Shown here piece by piece: positions 36,500 through 50,401 of a stretch of DNA of 64,000 nt. The DNA lies in assembly GCF_018977255.1 (NCBI RefSeq), contig NW_024704742.1, positions 24,678,001 through 24,742,000 on the forward strand. The letters run 5' to 3'. The notes beneath the pieces are model-generated. The model searched no databases. It was not told the DNA's origin and worked only from the letters and a program-made list of their open reading frames with translations. Numbering within the stretch: position 1 is the stretch's first letter; each line of letters opens with the position of its first letter. The position numbers and the translations under genes are program-made. The stretch is from Callorhinchus milii (lineage: Eukaryota).

Positions 36500-37515
36500 G
36501 TTAAGCATGAATAGGAGTGGCAGGAGTATGGCAGAGGGAGAATGCGGTGTAGATGGTCTGGGTGGGGTGGAAGGGAACGTGGGTGTGGGGGGTGGTGGGA
36601 AGGACAATACAGCCAAGCAGATGTTTTCAATTTTTGAGGCGAAGAAGTCTAGGGCCTCTTCGCACTTCGCGTTTGATGTGGGGATAGAGGGGGCTTGAGG
36701 GAATGCATAGGGGAGGCGATGGACGGTGGAAAACAGCATCTTTGGGTTGTTGCTTGCCTCTAGGGTGACTTTGGAGTAAAAGTCAGTTTTGGCCTGTGAA
36801 AGGGAGAGACGGTGGATGAGGAGGTGATCGAGCCACAGCTGGTGGTGAATCGTGAGGCTGGATTTCTGCCATCTACCCTCGAGCATCCAGGTTTGTGTTT
36901 TGAGTGAGTGGAGATGACTGTTATACCAGGGGGAGTAGGTGGGTTTGGAAACAACTCTGGATTTCAGGGGAACCAGGGAATTGAAGGTTGTGGAGACATG
37001 GTCATTCAGCAGCTTGATGATTGCATCAGGATTGCTTTGGGTGGAGGACCAAAGCGAGAGGAGGCCCGAGGAAGAGAGGAACATTTGTGAGGGACTCAGG
37101 TAGAAGCTTTTTCAGAAAAAGATGGTGGAGGGCTTGGAAGAGGGGAGGGGAATGCGGGAGGAGAGGGCGATGAGGAAGTGATTCGAGATGGCTTTGTCCA
37201 TGATGGACAGGTCGGAAATATCAAGGCCGTGTGTGAGGTCGAGATTGAGAAAGTGGCCACGGTTGTGGGTCGGCAAGTTGATATGGAGGGTGAGGTTTAG
37301 GGAGGAGAGGAGGGCAGTGAAATCCGAGGAGCTGGTGCAATGGGAGTTTAGGCAGAGGTTGAAATCACCCATTATGAGCAGGTGTTCAGTGCAGAGGGAC
37401 AGGGATGAGAGGTGAGATTGGTGAGGAAGGAGCCAGGAGGTGGGGGGGGGGGGAAACGGTAAAGTAGGAGGATTTTGAGGGAGAGAGAGGAGGGATGGTA
37501 GAGGGTGAGGTGCTC
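36500..37515 (-). mobile_element. L2 LINE ORF2 N-terminal (APE endonuclease and linker) fragment
   Basis: ORFs contain MGDFN...PTH.RGH.L.L...ISNHFLI and SPWY...L..LK, typical of the L2 endonuclease region. Confidence 0.85.
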
Positions 37516-40500
37516 AAAGATATCATATCGAGTATACCCAGATGTGTGGGACTAAAAGCCATTCCAATTTGAGGATAGAAACATGGTTCTGCCAGTTAGT
37601 GAGAGACCAGATTTTTATTAAATAACACAAAACCGGTATTCCGCCAGCCAACAGCCAAATATTGTGATGGATCTCATCTCTCCAGAGACCTATCCGAGCT
37701 TCTTCCCACTATAGTATTGAACTTTTTTTAAAAAAATGAGTCCAGTATCCTAGCCTTGTTTGCCCTTGCCAATGTTGTATTCTAATGTGAAGGGAAAGTT
37801 GTTACAATCTACAAGACGGAGGTCTAATGTTGCCTTCATGAATATCATCATTGAAAACAGCATGGTGGGAGTGGGGGAGGGGAAGAGAGGACGTGGTTTT
37901 GGGTCCTTCGTATCCAAGGACATTCGATATAACTATTGAATGTCCCATAAATTATGTGCTTTTCCCTTTCTGTATAGCATTCTGAATCCTTAATGTCTTT
38001 CTTGCCATTTTAACCCCTAAGATGATGAATGTAGTTCCTGGACAGATAACCTCTTAACTTGTTACCAGGTTCAAGATTGGCAAGAGTAAAGGTGTCAGTG
38101 ACTAAGGAGGGTAACCTTGCTCTCACACCTGAGTGTCCAGGACTCGAGAACTGAAAATACCTGGTCACTTTCTCCCACTAGGACAATTTGCATTTCTGTA
38201 ACTTCCTTCCTGTAATAATATCTCAGAGCGTTGTACATTTTCGGGATTGGACATCAATCAAGGGTGTGTGTGTGTATGAATGACCATAGGTGTGGAAGAA
38301 GACCGAAGAACATGATTTTGTATGCTTAATTAGCATGTGCATTGCTGGATAATCTCCTTTGGCATATTGTTTCTAGATACCCTGGAAACTGGGCAAAGTT
38401 AAAAGATCTTTACCATACTGCTATCTGGGGTGACCTATAGGAATGCTGACGTGGTAGGGTAATTTGGATTCTTAGGCTTGACTGACATTCAAAGTCTTAC
38501 TGTCAGTAGATTACTTTTTCCAGTTCTAGATTTGAAAACTGAATGAAGCACTCAGCACTATCCAACCACGCTTTCCTAGAAGAGAGAGGACCAGTTACAC
38601 CACTCCAGCCTCATAGAGCTGCATCGGATTTCACCTAATTTTGACAAGATTAATAACAGTTGTGAGGCTTGTATCCCAGACTGTTCCACACCCTCCTCTG
38701 GCCGAGCTATAAAGCACTGTGGTGGAGACAGGGGTAACATAACATGCATCTGGCACCAGCACTTAATTCCTGAGGTGTTCCGATGGTTTCCTCTAATCCC
38801 TGGTGGTGAAACTGACAAGTTAAGTGTACTATTTGGGAATGTGAATATCAATAAAAAAGAAGACAGGAATGAGACTATTTGACTTACTTTTAGAGTCCAA
38901 TTTGCACTGTGTCTTAAGGGGATTTTTAAAATAAGGAATCCCTTTAGAATATCCATCAACCTGCAGGAATTCCACTCTGGATGTAAACCATATTGGAGCA
39001 GAGTTTCCATGTGTCAGTGAAATGTACTCTCAGTTACCAGAAGAAATCTCGAAATCATGACCCAGATTCCTTGTTAAGCAATTCAGCTAATATCGCAAAT
39101 TAGACTCCATTGTTGTCTCCTTCAAAGGATAGCGGGAAAAGGCAAAGTGTTTTGAAAGGCATCGCAAATGCTGCTTGTTCAATTTAAAACAAAGGATCAA
39201 GTTTTTAATAGAGGTGGGAATGTATAGGTTTGTGAGAAGTACTAGATAGAGGTCCCAGCGAAATTTATTGTATATCACACCTTTCACTTTGGAAGAATAT
39301 CTCAATTGATTATTCAGAGACACATTCTGTTGCATCCTGGATTAGCCATTCGACTGATTCTCTTTTCATAATTTTCCCCCTCTCTAATTTTCTCCCTCTC
39401 CCCTCCTTTTTATGGGCTACTTACATTGTTATCCCTTGAGTGCCTTTCATATTAGGAGGACTCCTAAAAATATCTCAAAGGATTCAATGTAAAGTGTGGT
39501 AACTGTACTTTGTAGGTGAATGCAGCAGACACTTTGCTCACAATGTCCCACAAACAGCCTCAAAGTGAATGATCAACTTTATTTGAGGCTTGAACACTGG
39601 GAGAAACTCCCTCCTCTTTTCAAATAGGGCCAAATAACATCAACCTGAACAGGCAGATGGGAAATTTGTTTGAAGTCTCACCTGAAGGTCAGCATCCCTA
39701 GTAATGCAGCAACCCCCCACCCCAGGACTGCATTGGAGTGTCAGTCTGGAAAATTAGTTTAATGTCCCAACAAGGAGCGTGAACCCATAATTCTACAGTT
39801 TGCAAGAAGAAATTGTGATATTCCTAACCTTTCCTTTTCTTGATTATCACCAGGGGAAAAAAATGAACAGAATTAGGGATTTAAGGATGGGAATATCTTT
39901 AGGAATACTGCATTTTGACCTGATTGTGCAATGTTGAAAACCTTTTTTTTTTAAAAAATCCTGCTTTATCCATAACTTAGCAAAAGCATACACCACATCA
40001 TTGCTCTCACAGGGCGGTGGGAGGAGGCTTAGGGGTTATTGTCAGTGTAAAACGAGTTACCAAAGTACTGTTTTTCCTTTAAGCTGCTGTTTCAAAATGA
40101 AGACAGACAACATACCCTCGGTGACCCGTGACCCTCCACCTTGAGAGGTGAGACATTCGGGCAATGCACACATTCGTGTCATGCCTTCCTAAATTCTGTG
40201 CCCATTGTGTGATTTAGAAATGGTTTTACATTTACACTAGCTCTTCTTTGATCACCAGAGATGTGGTGCTATATGTGTCTATCTCAATTAAGGACAAACA
40301 CTTACAGATAGTAGAATTCCTTTAAAGATACATTGTATTATAGCAATCGGAAATCTGTTTTCTAGTTTATCATTTATCATCATTAGGCCATGTCTGTCAA
40401 CAGAGAAGCATTTGCTGAAATTCTGTTAAGAATTTGTTTAAGTGCTCTAATGACTCGTAGTACCACAAGATGGCTGGACAATGTAAAAGGAATAAGGAGC

Positions 40501-40640
40501 GTCTAAGAATACTGCTTCCCTGTCATCGTATTCATTAGTATTCAGTAACTATTTGCGTTACATTCTACAGAATGTTGACAGAACTGTTTCTTGTCTGTCA
40601 AAATGATTAATTCACTTCTCACATGAATCTTTTACTTACC

Positions 40641-40780
40641 TTGGGGAGGACAAGTTTGTAGGGCTATGGGGAGAGAGCGGGGGAGTGGGATTGAATTGGA
40701 TAGCTCTTTTCAAAAAGCCGGCACAGACACGATGGGCCGAATGGCCTCCTTCTGTGCTGTATAATTCTATGATTCTATGA
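40641..40780 (+). mobile_element. CR1 3' UTR end
   Basis: gatgggccgaatggcctccttctgtgctgta(attctatg)n terminal repeat; matches 59391-59520 in reverse. An older copy lies at about 40980-41090. Confidence 0.88.
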
Positions 40781-41460
40781 CATAGGTATTTAACCTCCAG
40801 TATGGTGCGAGTTACCGCAATGCACATTTTGAGTGCATATCTCAAGATTTGATTCAACAAAAATGGGACGCATTTAACAGCAGAGGTACAACTATATTGT
40901 GAGCTGTAAGATATTCATTTTTAATCTCAGTTCCTCAAGTCTTGTCCTTATCTCTTAATAACCTTATCTCCCATTTAGAGGAATATGGCAAAAGTGGGTA
41001 AATGGGCCTGAAAGAATTGCTCTTAAAGGAGCCAGCACAGACACGATGACTGATTGGCCTCCTTTGGTGCTGTAAATTTCAACAGTTCTATTTCTACCTA
41101 TCCAACTATCTCACACATTTCAATTGATTCTGCATCTATGACCTTTTGGGCAGTTCATTGCACTGTTCTGTTCTTAACCAGTTTAAACTCTAATACCAGG
41201 AACTACTGTCTCTGAGAAATAGGTTGCTCAGTTCCCAAAGAAGTTTCACTTTAAACAGGGTTTAAAGTTACAAACCTTTAAGCAGCCCCAATGTCAGGAG
41301 GATATACCAAGGTTATCAGGCCAATTGCCTTCATGTCATTATCCAGACTGCTAAATGATTTCAATGGAATTAAGATATTGTACATCATAAACCAGCAAGA
41401 AAGGCCAGCAGACAGGACTCAAATTACCTGAGTTCTTCAAGGTAGAAGCAGTGACAAAAA

Positions 41461-41702
41461 TAATAATAATCCTTGCATTTGATATAACACCGTATCACTT
41501 TGTTGAGACGTCTCAAAGTGCCGCGCAGAATATAGTGTAAAGTGGATTGACTGTATTTTGTGGGTAAACACAGCAGCCAATTGCACACAGCAATCCCACA
41601 AACAGTCGTGGATTGAGTGACCAAATTATTATTATTTGATATATTTATTTGCAAGGAGTTATTACCCCAGGTTCCTACTTACTGCTAGGTAAACAGAGGC
41701 AT
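41461..41702 (-). mobile_element. Older long-form SINE fragment
   Basis: gcctctgtttacctagcagtaagtaggaacc block on the minus strand plus tail. Confidence 0.8.
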
Positions 41703-42103
41703 GGAATCCATGGAACTCTCAGTTTGGTTTGGATACTCCTAAGCATGGTGATGGTTTTCCGCATGTGTCAGACACCCGGCTGACAAAAAACAAAGTAGTG
41801 CAGAGGAGAGCAACGAGGATGATAGGGTATCTACCTGGGCTCGTGCGCCTCCTAGTGACTTGTTGCAGAATAGGAATGATGAGCCACCTGCTCTTGCAAT
41901 CATAAAATAACAGAATATGTAGAAGAACCCAAAAAGGGGAAAACAAAACCAAATATATAAAATTTTGAATACAAAAACATGATCAACCTAACCAGTAATA
42001 CACTTTCCCAAAATCAGTGTCAATCCGAGTCAATAGAAGATGACCGTGTGCAAACACGTGCACTGGGGAAATTAGAGCTGCCTTTAATTTTACAATTCAA
42101 AAG

Positions 42104-42424
42104 TAATAATAATAATAATCCTTGCATTTGATATAGCGCTTTTCACGTCAGGAGGATGTCCCAAAGTGCTTCACAGAATATACTGTAAAGTGAATTGACT
42201 GTATATTTGTGGGCGAACGCGGCAGCCAATTGCACACAGCAATGTCCCACAAACAGTCGTAGATTGAAAATGACCAATTTATTATTGATTTTGGTTTTGG
42301 AGGGATTATTATTAGGCTCTGTGTGGAGTAAGGAAACTTGCCCAAGGTTTCGCCCTGTGCCTGGAATTGAACTCAGGTCTCTCGCTTGCAAAGCGAGTGC
42401 TCTAACCACTGAGTTACAGGACTC
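42104..42424 (-). mobile_element. Young SINE
   Basis: Full family match. Confidence 0.93.
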
Positions 42425-45400
42425 TCTAAAAAGAGAAATGTCAGGTGCTTCTGGAATCCTTTACATTGATTAATTACAGAGTTAAGGGCTTCTGTGTTTG
42501 CACATGGTTAACTAAAAATGTTTAGTTAACCATATGAAGTCCTCTAATGTGGAATCCTGTACTGTATTGGTTAGAGCCCTTGCCTCCCAGTTGTTAGTCA
42601 ATTGGCAGATCGACTTTGAGGGACACTGCAGTGCGCAATTAGCTGTTGCATTTCGTCCACAAAATATACAGTCAATTCACTTTATAGCATATTCTGTGAA
42701 ACGCTTTGAAACATCTCGAAGATATAAGGTGCTATATCAAATGCAAGGATTATTATTATTGTAAACCCCATTTCCTCATAATCCAAACATCATTTCTGGC
42801 ATGCTGTGTATGTGTTCTTATAATAATAATGCCTTGCATTTTATACAATGCCTTAACATGTTGCCAAGACATAGCAAAGTACTTTACAGATTCTATTGTA
42901 ATCTGATGTGACTGTGTGTAGTTAGTGGGTGAACATAGCAGTCAATTTGCACACAGCAATGTCGAAAAAAGCCATGGAGTGAATGACAAATTTTATCTGG
43001 TGGATTGTTGGCCAGGACATCTCTTCTCTTCTCAAATATTGCCATGAGATCTTTAACCTGGGCAGGCAAACGGGACCTTAGTTTAAAGGCTCAGATAAAG
43101 GACATCCAAAACATGAGTAGCTAGATAAGAATTGCACGCATTTTCCATGGGAGCCAAATTGGAAAATGCAGTGGTGCAAAATCAGTGCCATCAAACAGAA
43201 CAAGTCATGTTATAAATGTACTATAGATGGAAATACCACATAGTCTTAGTCTGCAAGACCATTTTAACATTACATGGTATTCTAGAGAATACTGAAATTC
43301 AATCTTAATTTGGAAGCAGGTTTTCCATAATCCATAAAAGAACTTTTAAATTAAGATGAATTAAAACATTTTCCATAATTCTTCTACATAGGACTCATTG
43401 TAAGGTGTAGTAACTGTGTATTTATGCAAGCAAATGTGACAGCCAATTTGCACACAAAAAGTCATGAAATGAATGACCAATTTGATTTGGGGGACTGTCG
43501 GCCATATCACCAGCAGAAACTCCATTTTGAGACAAAAATGATGTTATGATTTTATGGACTAACACTAGGGAAAATTCAGGCCTTTCCATAAGCACCAGCT
43601 GTTATTGCCATTTTGAGCAAGAAAGACAGGACTAGCTTGCTGGACATAATATAGTTGGGCAATTTCCTAAGGTTATACATTCACCATAAACAACTGGTTC
43701 CAGGCTGTGATAACATTCTTTTACAATTTAAAAATTCCTCACTTTCGGCATCTTCTTGAAAGGTAACACTTCTGCTGTACCCTCCATCTGTGAGAAACCT
43801 TAACAGACCTACTGTTCGAGAATTGAGGGTTGTGCTGAAAGGATCATGTACCATGTTCTTATCTGAAAAACTCTGAGATAACTTCACTCTGTTCTTATAG
43901 TTTCCAGTTCCTCATTAAATCTTAGTATCTCAGCGCAACAACAAAGTCAGATGTCATTCACCATCATCTTTGAGAAGAAAACCTATTTGTGAATGGAGTA
44001 AAGCCAACAGTAATACTTCCTACATTGTTACCTCTATCTTTTCACTCTGTCTCCAGATGTGGATGACTCTGGCAGGTCCTACACTTATTGCCTGTCTCTG
44101 GTTGCCCTGAGAAGTGGTGGTGGACCTTCTCTTTAAATTGCTGCACTGCTTGTGGCACTGGTGCTCCCATGATGGTGTTGGGTAGGAAGTTCCAGGGTTT
44201 TGATTGAGTGAACATGAAGGAACGGCGCTATAGATCCAATTCAGGATGATGAGTGGAGGAGAACTGCTTGGAGAAGTATAACGGATACAATCTTACAAAG
44301 CTGATTGGACTTTGAATTGTGATGGAATTGTTTCATTACAATTGGATCTGTACACCTTTCTTAAAGGAAAATGGACAATGTTGGCAGTTTTCAAAGCAAT
44401 TGGGTCTCACTTCACACAAGCCCTATGGAGCGAATCTCACCTTGGCTTTCGTTCAGAGACAAAATGAAGCAACCTTTAATTCACACTATTTGTATCAAAT
44501 CACTATTTGTATCAGGTCCAAATCCCTAACTGTCCAGCACCTTGGGACGTCTCCTAACGTGAAAGACGCAATACAAATGTAAATTTGTATTGTATCAAAC
44601 TTTGGTGCTGCTCAAATTCACACTGTCATCAACTTATGCATTTTCCAGCCACCCATTAAGAATTTGCCACACACATACACACGGTTAATCTACTGATTTT
44701 AATGTTGTGGAATAATACTGTGTGTCATGGTCCAGAATTAACCTAATTTACATTTCATACCATATTATTGTACTGTAAAATCAGAATTTTCTTTTAATAT
44801 GCAAGATAAGAAGGATCATCTATCTATACTAATAAAGATGAAATGTTTGTTTGTGTGTCCGCCAAGAACGCAATAACCAATTGACGTAGAGACGTGATTT
44901 ATACCTCATCGGAAATGAGCGTTATAGGCATATTCTTTTCCAGGGATCTCCTATTGTTGATGAGCTATATAATGAAAAATATATTTAAAAATGCTTTAAT
45001 TAAGCCCCCCAAAAGGTATGCATGGAATTCTGCTACAGAGGTCACACACCCTTCCAGAGAGATACATCTATACTAATAAAGATGAAATGCCTGTGTGTGT
45101 GTGTGCCTAACCAGCACCAACAGGAGTCCTCCCACAGGTGTTCTCCTACTGAGTCCTCCCAACAGGACTCCTTTAAAAAAAAAGGATGTGTGTGCAAATA
45201 ATTGAACAAGCGATGCTAATGAGTTCAATAGCACATTTTCTTAATCTTAAGGAATAAAGTTGCTTAAGAAGCGAAGACCAAGCTTTTCAAGAACAAATAA
45301 AAGAGAGAGAGGCCGATTAAATGAAACTGCTTGCAAGCGTAGCTGCAACAGGTACAGCCAGTGCTTAATAAAAGAGAAAATAGAACTAATCATCATTGAA

Positions 45401-48400
45401 GCAGGAGATAACGATTGAATGAAAGCAGCTAACAATGACTGGCACTGTAGTTATCTCAAAGATTCTGTAGTTAGCATTTACTTGTTCAGTGATGAACTAC
45501 AGCATCTGCACAGGATGAGAACTGCCAACTGAACAATATTTGTGGGGCTCATGATATTTAAGTGAGTTTAAGGAGATTAGTGACTTTGTTTGTGATCATT
45601 TTGTAGTTAACCCAGTTAGAGATTTTGCTTGTTTTCTTTCTAAAAGAATTTAAGACTAATCACATGCAGCAGCTTAACTATAATTCAGGTTTATGTGCAG
45701 AGCCACTTCTACCGGTTTGAGATGGGGGACTGCTTTTGATTACTGACCTGAGATAGGGAGAAGACTGTCTCCAGGAAATAATGACAGCATCAGAGATGTA
45801 GGGCATTTCAGCAGGATTTCAGCAGCCTTACCACATTCAGTCTGACTGTAATTCCAAAATAAGCAGTAAAAGAAGGCGGCAGGATTTAAGTTAAATAAAC
45901 TGAGTATGGTCTGAATTTGAATTTGAAGTGCTGTCAAGATTTATTCAACCAGGGAGGGATCCGAGCATTAGAAATGTTCAATAAAGGATCAGCTACTGTG
46001 AAACTTTTCAATGGATTCATTTGGAATCAAAAGAAACCCAAAAACTATTGTATATCCTCACCATGGGGTCCAGAAATGATCAAGTTCATTTTAAAGTCTC
46101 CCATCATTCATGTGTCTTAGCCTGGTAGCATTTTATGGGCGAACGAGGCAACAAATGTGCTCACAGCAATGTCCCACAAACAGCCATTTAAGTAAATGAC
46201 CAATTTTATTTAGGGGATTGTTGGCCTGAAAAATGGGGGAAACTCTCTTCTCTTTTCGAATAGTGCTTTGGAATCTTTAACATTCACCTGGACAGGCAGA
46301 CGTGACCCCAGTTTAACATCTGATCTGAAAGACAACACCACTGACAATGCAGCACCCACTGCACTGTATTGGAGTTTCAGCATAGACTATATGGGTTTCC
46401 AGTCCCAATGTGGAGCTTGACCTACAACCTCCTGACTCAGAGGTCGCGATTGCAATCCCAGTGCTTTTTCTGAATCCTGGGATTTCAGGCTTTTAATGCT
46501 CCAAATCCCAGGATCCTGAGGTGCTAACACTCAAGGAAACTCAACAACCAGAACAAAATGATATTTGTAAAACGCCTTTCACATCGGGAGGACATCCCAA
46601 GGTGCTGACGTCCAACTCAGCCAAGAGTGTGCACATTGCACAGCAACTTCTCCCCGAGCCAGTCACTGACTCACCTCCATCCCAACCTACCTCAGCAACA
46701 CAATGACCTGACATCAAGATACTGACCAAGACGGTCAGTACCTGGTGGAGCAGCCAGCCAGCCAACAGGGAAGGGGTTAGTGATGGTGATGATAGTGATA
46801 ATAATAATAATAATCCTTACATTTAATATAGCGCCTTATCATCTGGTTGAGATGTCTCAGAGCGCTTCACGGAATAGAATGTAAAGTGAATTGACTGTAC
46901 ATGTTGTGGGAAAATCACGGCAGCCAGTTGCGCGCAGCAATGTACCACAAACAGTCATGGATTTGAGTAATTTTTTAACTTCCCAAGTCGTCTCCACCAC
47001 ATTCCAATCTTGTCATTAATTATCAAGTTTCCTTCATTGCCGTCCAGAGGTTTGATAGTAATAGTCCTTACATTTGATATAGCGCCTTATCACATTGCTG
47101 AAATGTCTCACAGCGCTTCACAGAATATATTGTAAAGTGTGTTTTGTAGGTGAAACTGATAATATATATATAGCAGAGAGAGAGAGCGAGAGAGAGAAGG
47201 GGGACATAACACAGAAGGACAGAAAAAGAGTTTGTGGCACAAACAGAGGGAGAGAGGGAGATACATACAGAGACAGAGAGATAGACATACATTCAGAGAA
47301 ACTGAACGAGAGTCATTGACACATGTAGGGGAGAGGGAGAAAGAATGCCAAATAGAGAAAGTGAGAGAAAGAGAAATAGTGACATACAGAAGAGACTGAT
47401 AGACAGCGAGAAAGGAAACATGAAATCAACACTAACAAAAATAATAATAAGAATCATAATAATCCTAACATTTGATAAAGCATTTTATCATATTGTTGAG
47501 ACATCTTCACGGAATATATTGAATGTGTTGTGGATTGATTGTGTATCTTGTGGGTAAAACGCATGTGGGAAATGTTTATTTCATTTTAAAAAACTAAAAT
47601 TAAAACATTAAAACTAAATTGAAATGATAAAATTCACCATCAACCATACTTACAAGTATCCAAAGCAAACTACTGTACGGAGAGTTCCAAATATTGCTAA
47701 GAAATTTTCCCTTTGTCTGCAATAGAGAGTACACCCTCTCCCTGGTAACCCAACCTGCTCACTTAATCCCACAAAAGTATTATTGCAGGTTGGCAAAAGC
47801 CAAGGCCTACAGACCACAGGGTGTGCATTTGGATACTGCTAGAGTTTGAAAAGCGAAAACTAGACAGGTTGCCACGACAAATGCTGTCCAGCAAGTTTCC
47901 TACTGCTTATCCAGCTAGGTCCACCTTACCTATTAGGGCTTTGGCTAGCAGGATTAACAAGAGCTGAGTTGGAACAATCCCTACTGTTCTACTGACCTGA
48001 TTGATTTGCAGTAAGCTAAGGCAGAAAAACTAAGATTAAATACTCACTCTGTGGGGATTGACAGGTATCAAATGGTGCCCGACCATTCTTGGACCCAGTG
48101 AATGAATGTTCCAGAGCAACATTGCAGATTTACAAAAATAACATAATTGTTTACACTGGCTTCAGAAATCAATTGGCTTCTGCAACAGTTACTGATCCAC
48201 TGTATTGGATGACTTGCATAATAAACAGAGGACATATAAAGCTGAACAGCTGAGCATGTCTGAACTATCTTAGTTTTAATATTTTATTTTTTTCTCTTAT
48301 ATTTCTTGTTAGTGTAGGTTACATTTAAAGCAAACTAATAAATGCTCTTGATTCTGATTCCATTTTAGTTCCAAAAGAACAGACGGAATAACTTGTGTTT

Positions 48401-48723
48401 TAACCAAGAACTACAAAATACACAGTTGCCTGCAAACTCCACAGTCATACAGCCATTCAGCCTATTGTTCCTGTTGCTGGCTCTTTGAAAGAACTATCCA
48501 GTTCGTCCCACTCCCCCATTCGTTATCCATAGCCTTGCAAATGCTTTCTTTTCAAGTATATATCCAATTCCCTTTTGATAGAGCTATACAATAATCAGTC
48601 ACCTACAAACTACACACTTGCCTCCAAACTACACAGCACTTACAAACTCCACAGTCACTACATTGTATCAAATACTTTGAAATGATTTGAATCATGTGAT
48701 AAGGCTGTATCCTTATATAGCCT

Positions 48724-49038
48724 GGAGTCCTGTAGCTCAGTGGTTAGAGCACTCACTTTGCAAGTGAGAGACCTGAGTTCAATTCCAGGCACAGGGCGAA
48801 ACCTTGGGCAAGTTTCCTTACTCCACACAGAGCCTAATAATAATCCCTCCAAAACCAAAAACAATAATAAATTGGTCATTTTCAATCTACAACTGTTTGT
48901 GGGACATTGCTGTGCGCAATTGGCTGCCGCGTTCGCCCACAAATATACAGTCAATTCTCTTTACAGTGTGTTCTGCGAAGCGCTTTGGGACGTCCTGCCG
49001 ACGTGAAAAGCGCTATATCAAATGCAAGGATTATTATA
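48724..49038 (+). mobile_element. Young SINE
   Basis: Full family match. Confidence 0.93.
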
Positions 49039-50273
49039 TATCAAATGAAGAACTAAATATATTCCATAAATCCTTGGACAAGATACAAGGTTGCCAAGAA
49101 GGCTCCAAATTGTCTACTAATTTGCACTGTCCCTTAATAATAATAATCCTTGCATTTGATTTAGCGCCTTATATAGTTGAGACGTCTCAGAGCGCTTCAC
49201 AGAATATAATGTAAAGTGAATGTTGTGGGTAAAACATGCCAGCCAGTTGCGCACAGCAATGTACCACAAACAGTCATGTATTTGAGTAATTTTTTGACTT
49301 CATAAGTCGTCTCTTGGGAAGTCAAAAATAAATCTATAATCTGACATAACATCACATTCCAGTCGTGTCATTAATTATCAAGTTTCCTTCATTGCCGTCC
49401 AACGGTTTGATGTGCGAAATTAATTCACTGAGACTGCACAGACAATTGAACACAGACCACCATCGATTTGGAAACATGTCATCTGTGTTACCTACTTCAC
49501 AAAACTGTCACCTCTCGATGAATTGATAGTAAGCTGTACAAAGGCTTGTAACTTGTAGTGTACAATAGCAGCATAAAGAAATGAGGCAACTTAGATGATA
49601 CAAGTCATTGACAGCCACCCTGGAAGGGTTACCTCTCCATCTTTATGAAACAGTTTGGCTTCTAAACCGGGTTGGAATTATTCGACTGTTCAGTCTTAAA
49701 TATCTGGCACAAATTCATCTTAAATTGGAAACTTGTGTCTGAATCCAGGGGATAAATTTCATAACCCCACAAAGAATCAGATATAAATGGACAAGATCAA
49801 AATGTGTTTTGTGAAGATTTGGGGCATGAATCAATGTGTTCTTTTGTTTGAAGACAGGTGAATAGATGTTTATTAGTAAAGCAACTTAGATATTCTATAA
49901 TGCACACATCTACACATTCTATAACTGTTTTTTAGTTCTGCACTGTCAAAGTCATAAAAATATGAAAAATAAGAAAGAATATATTCGACTGCTACAATAA
50001 TCTGAACAATGGGTATAGATTTTAAGGATTTAAGTTATTTTTTTCACTAATACAAAAGCTACAGTTATTTTCACTTTATGAAATTACATTCCTAGATTAC
50101 ATTTTTAAACAAGTCATAAACAGGATTTTATTTCTTCATAAAGTGAGTTGTTTGGAAGTCCAAAGAGGAGTTAAAATTAAAACTTTTAGTTTATGTGCTG
50201 CAGCCAACAGTGTCTGAATAGGGATCAATCTACTCTGGAGATCTATCCCATCAATCTACAATCTAGAGAGCAA

Positions 50274-50401
<128 letters not shown>

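Noticed and set aside
43681..43887. Protein-looking 68-aa minus-strand ORF as an exon of a neighbouring gene
   Set aside because: No pyrimidine-tract acceptor and no recognisable homology.
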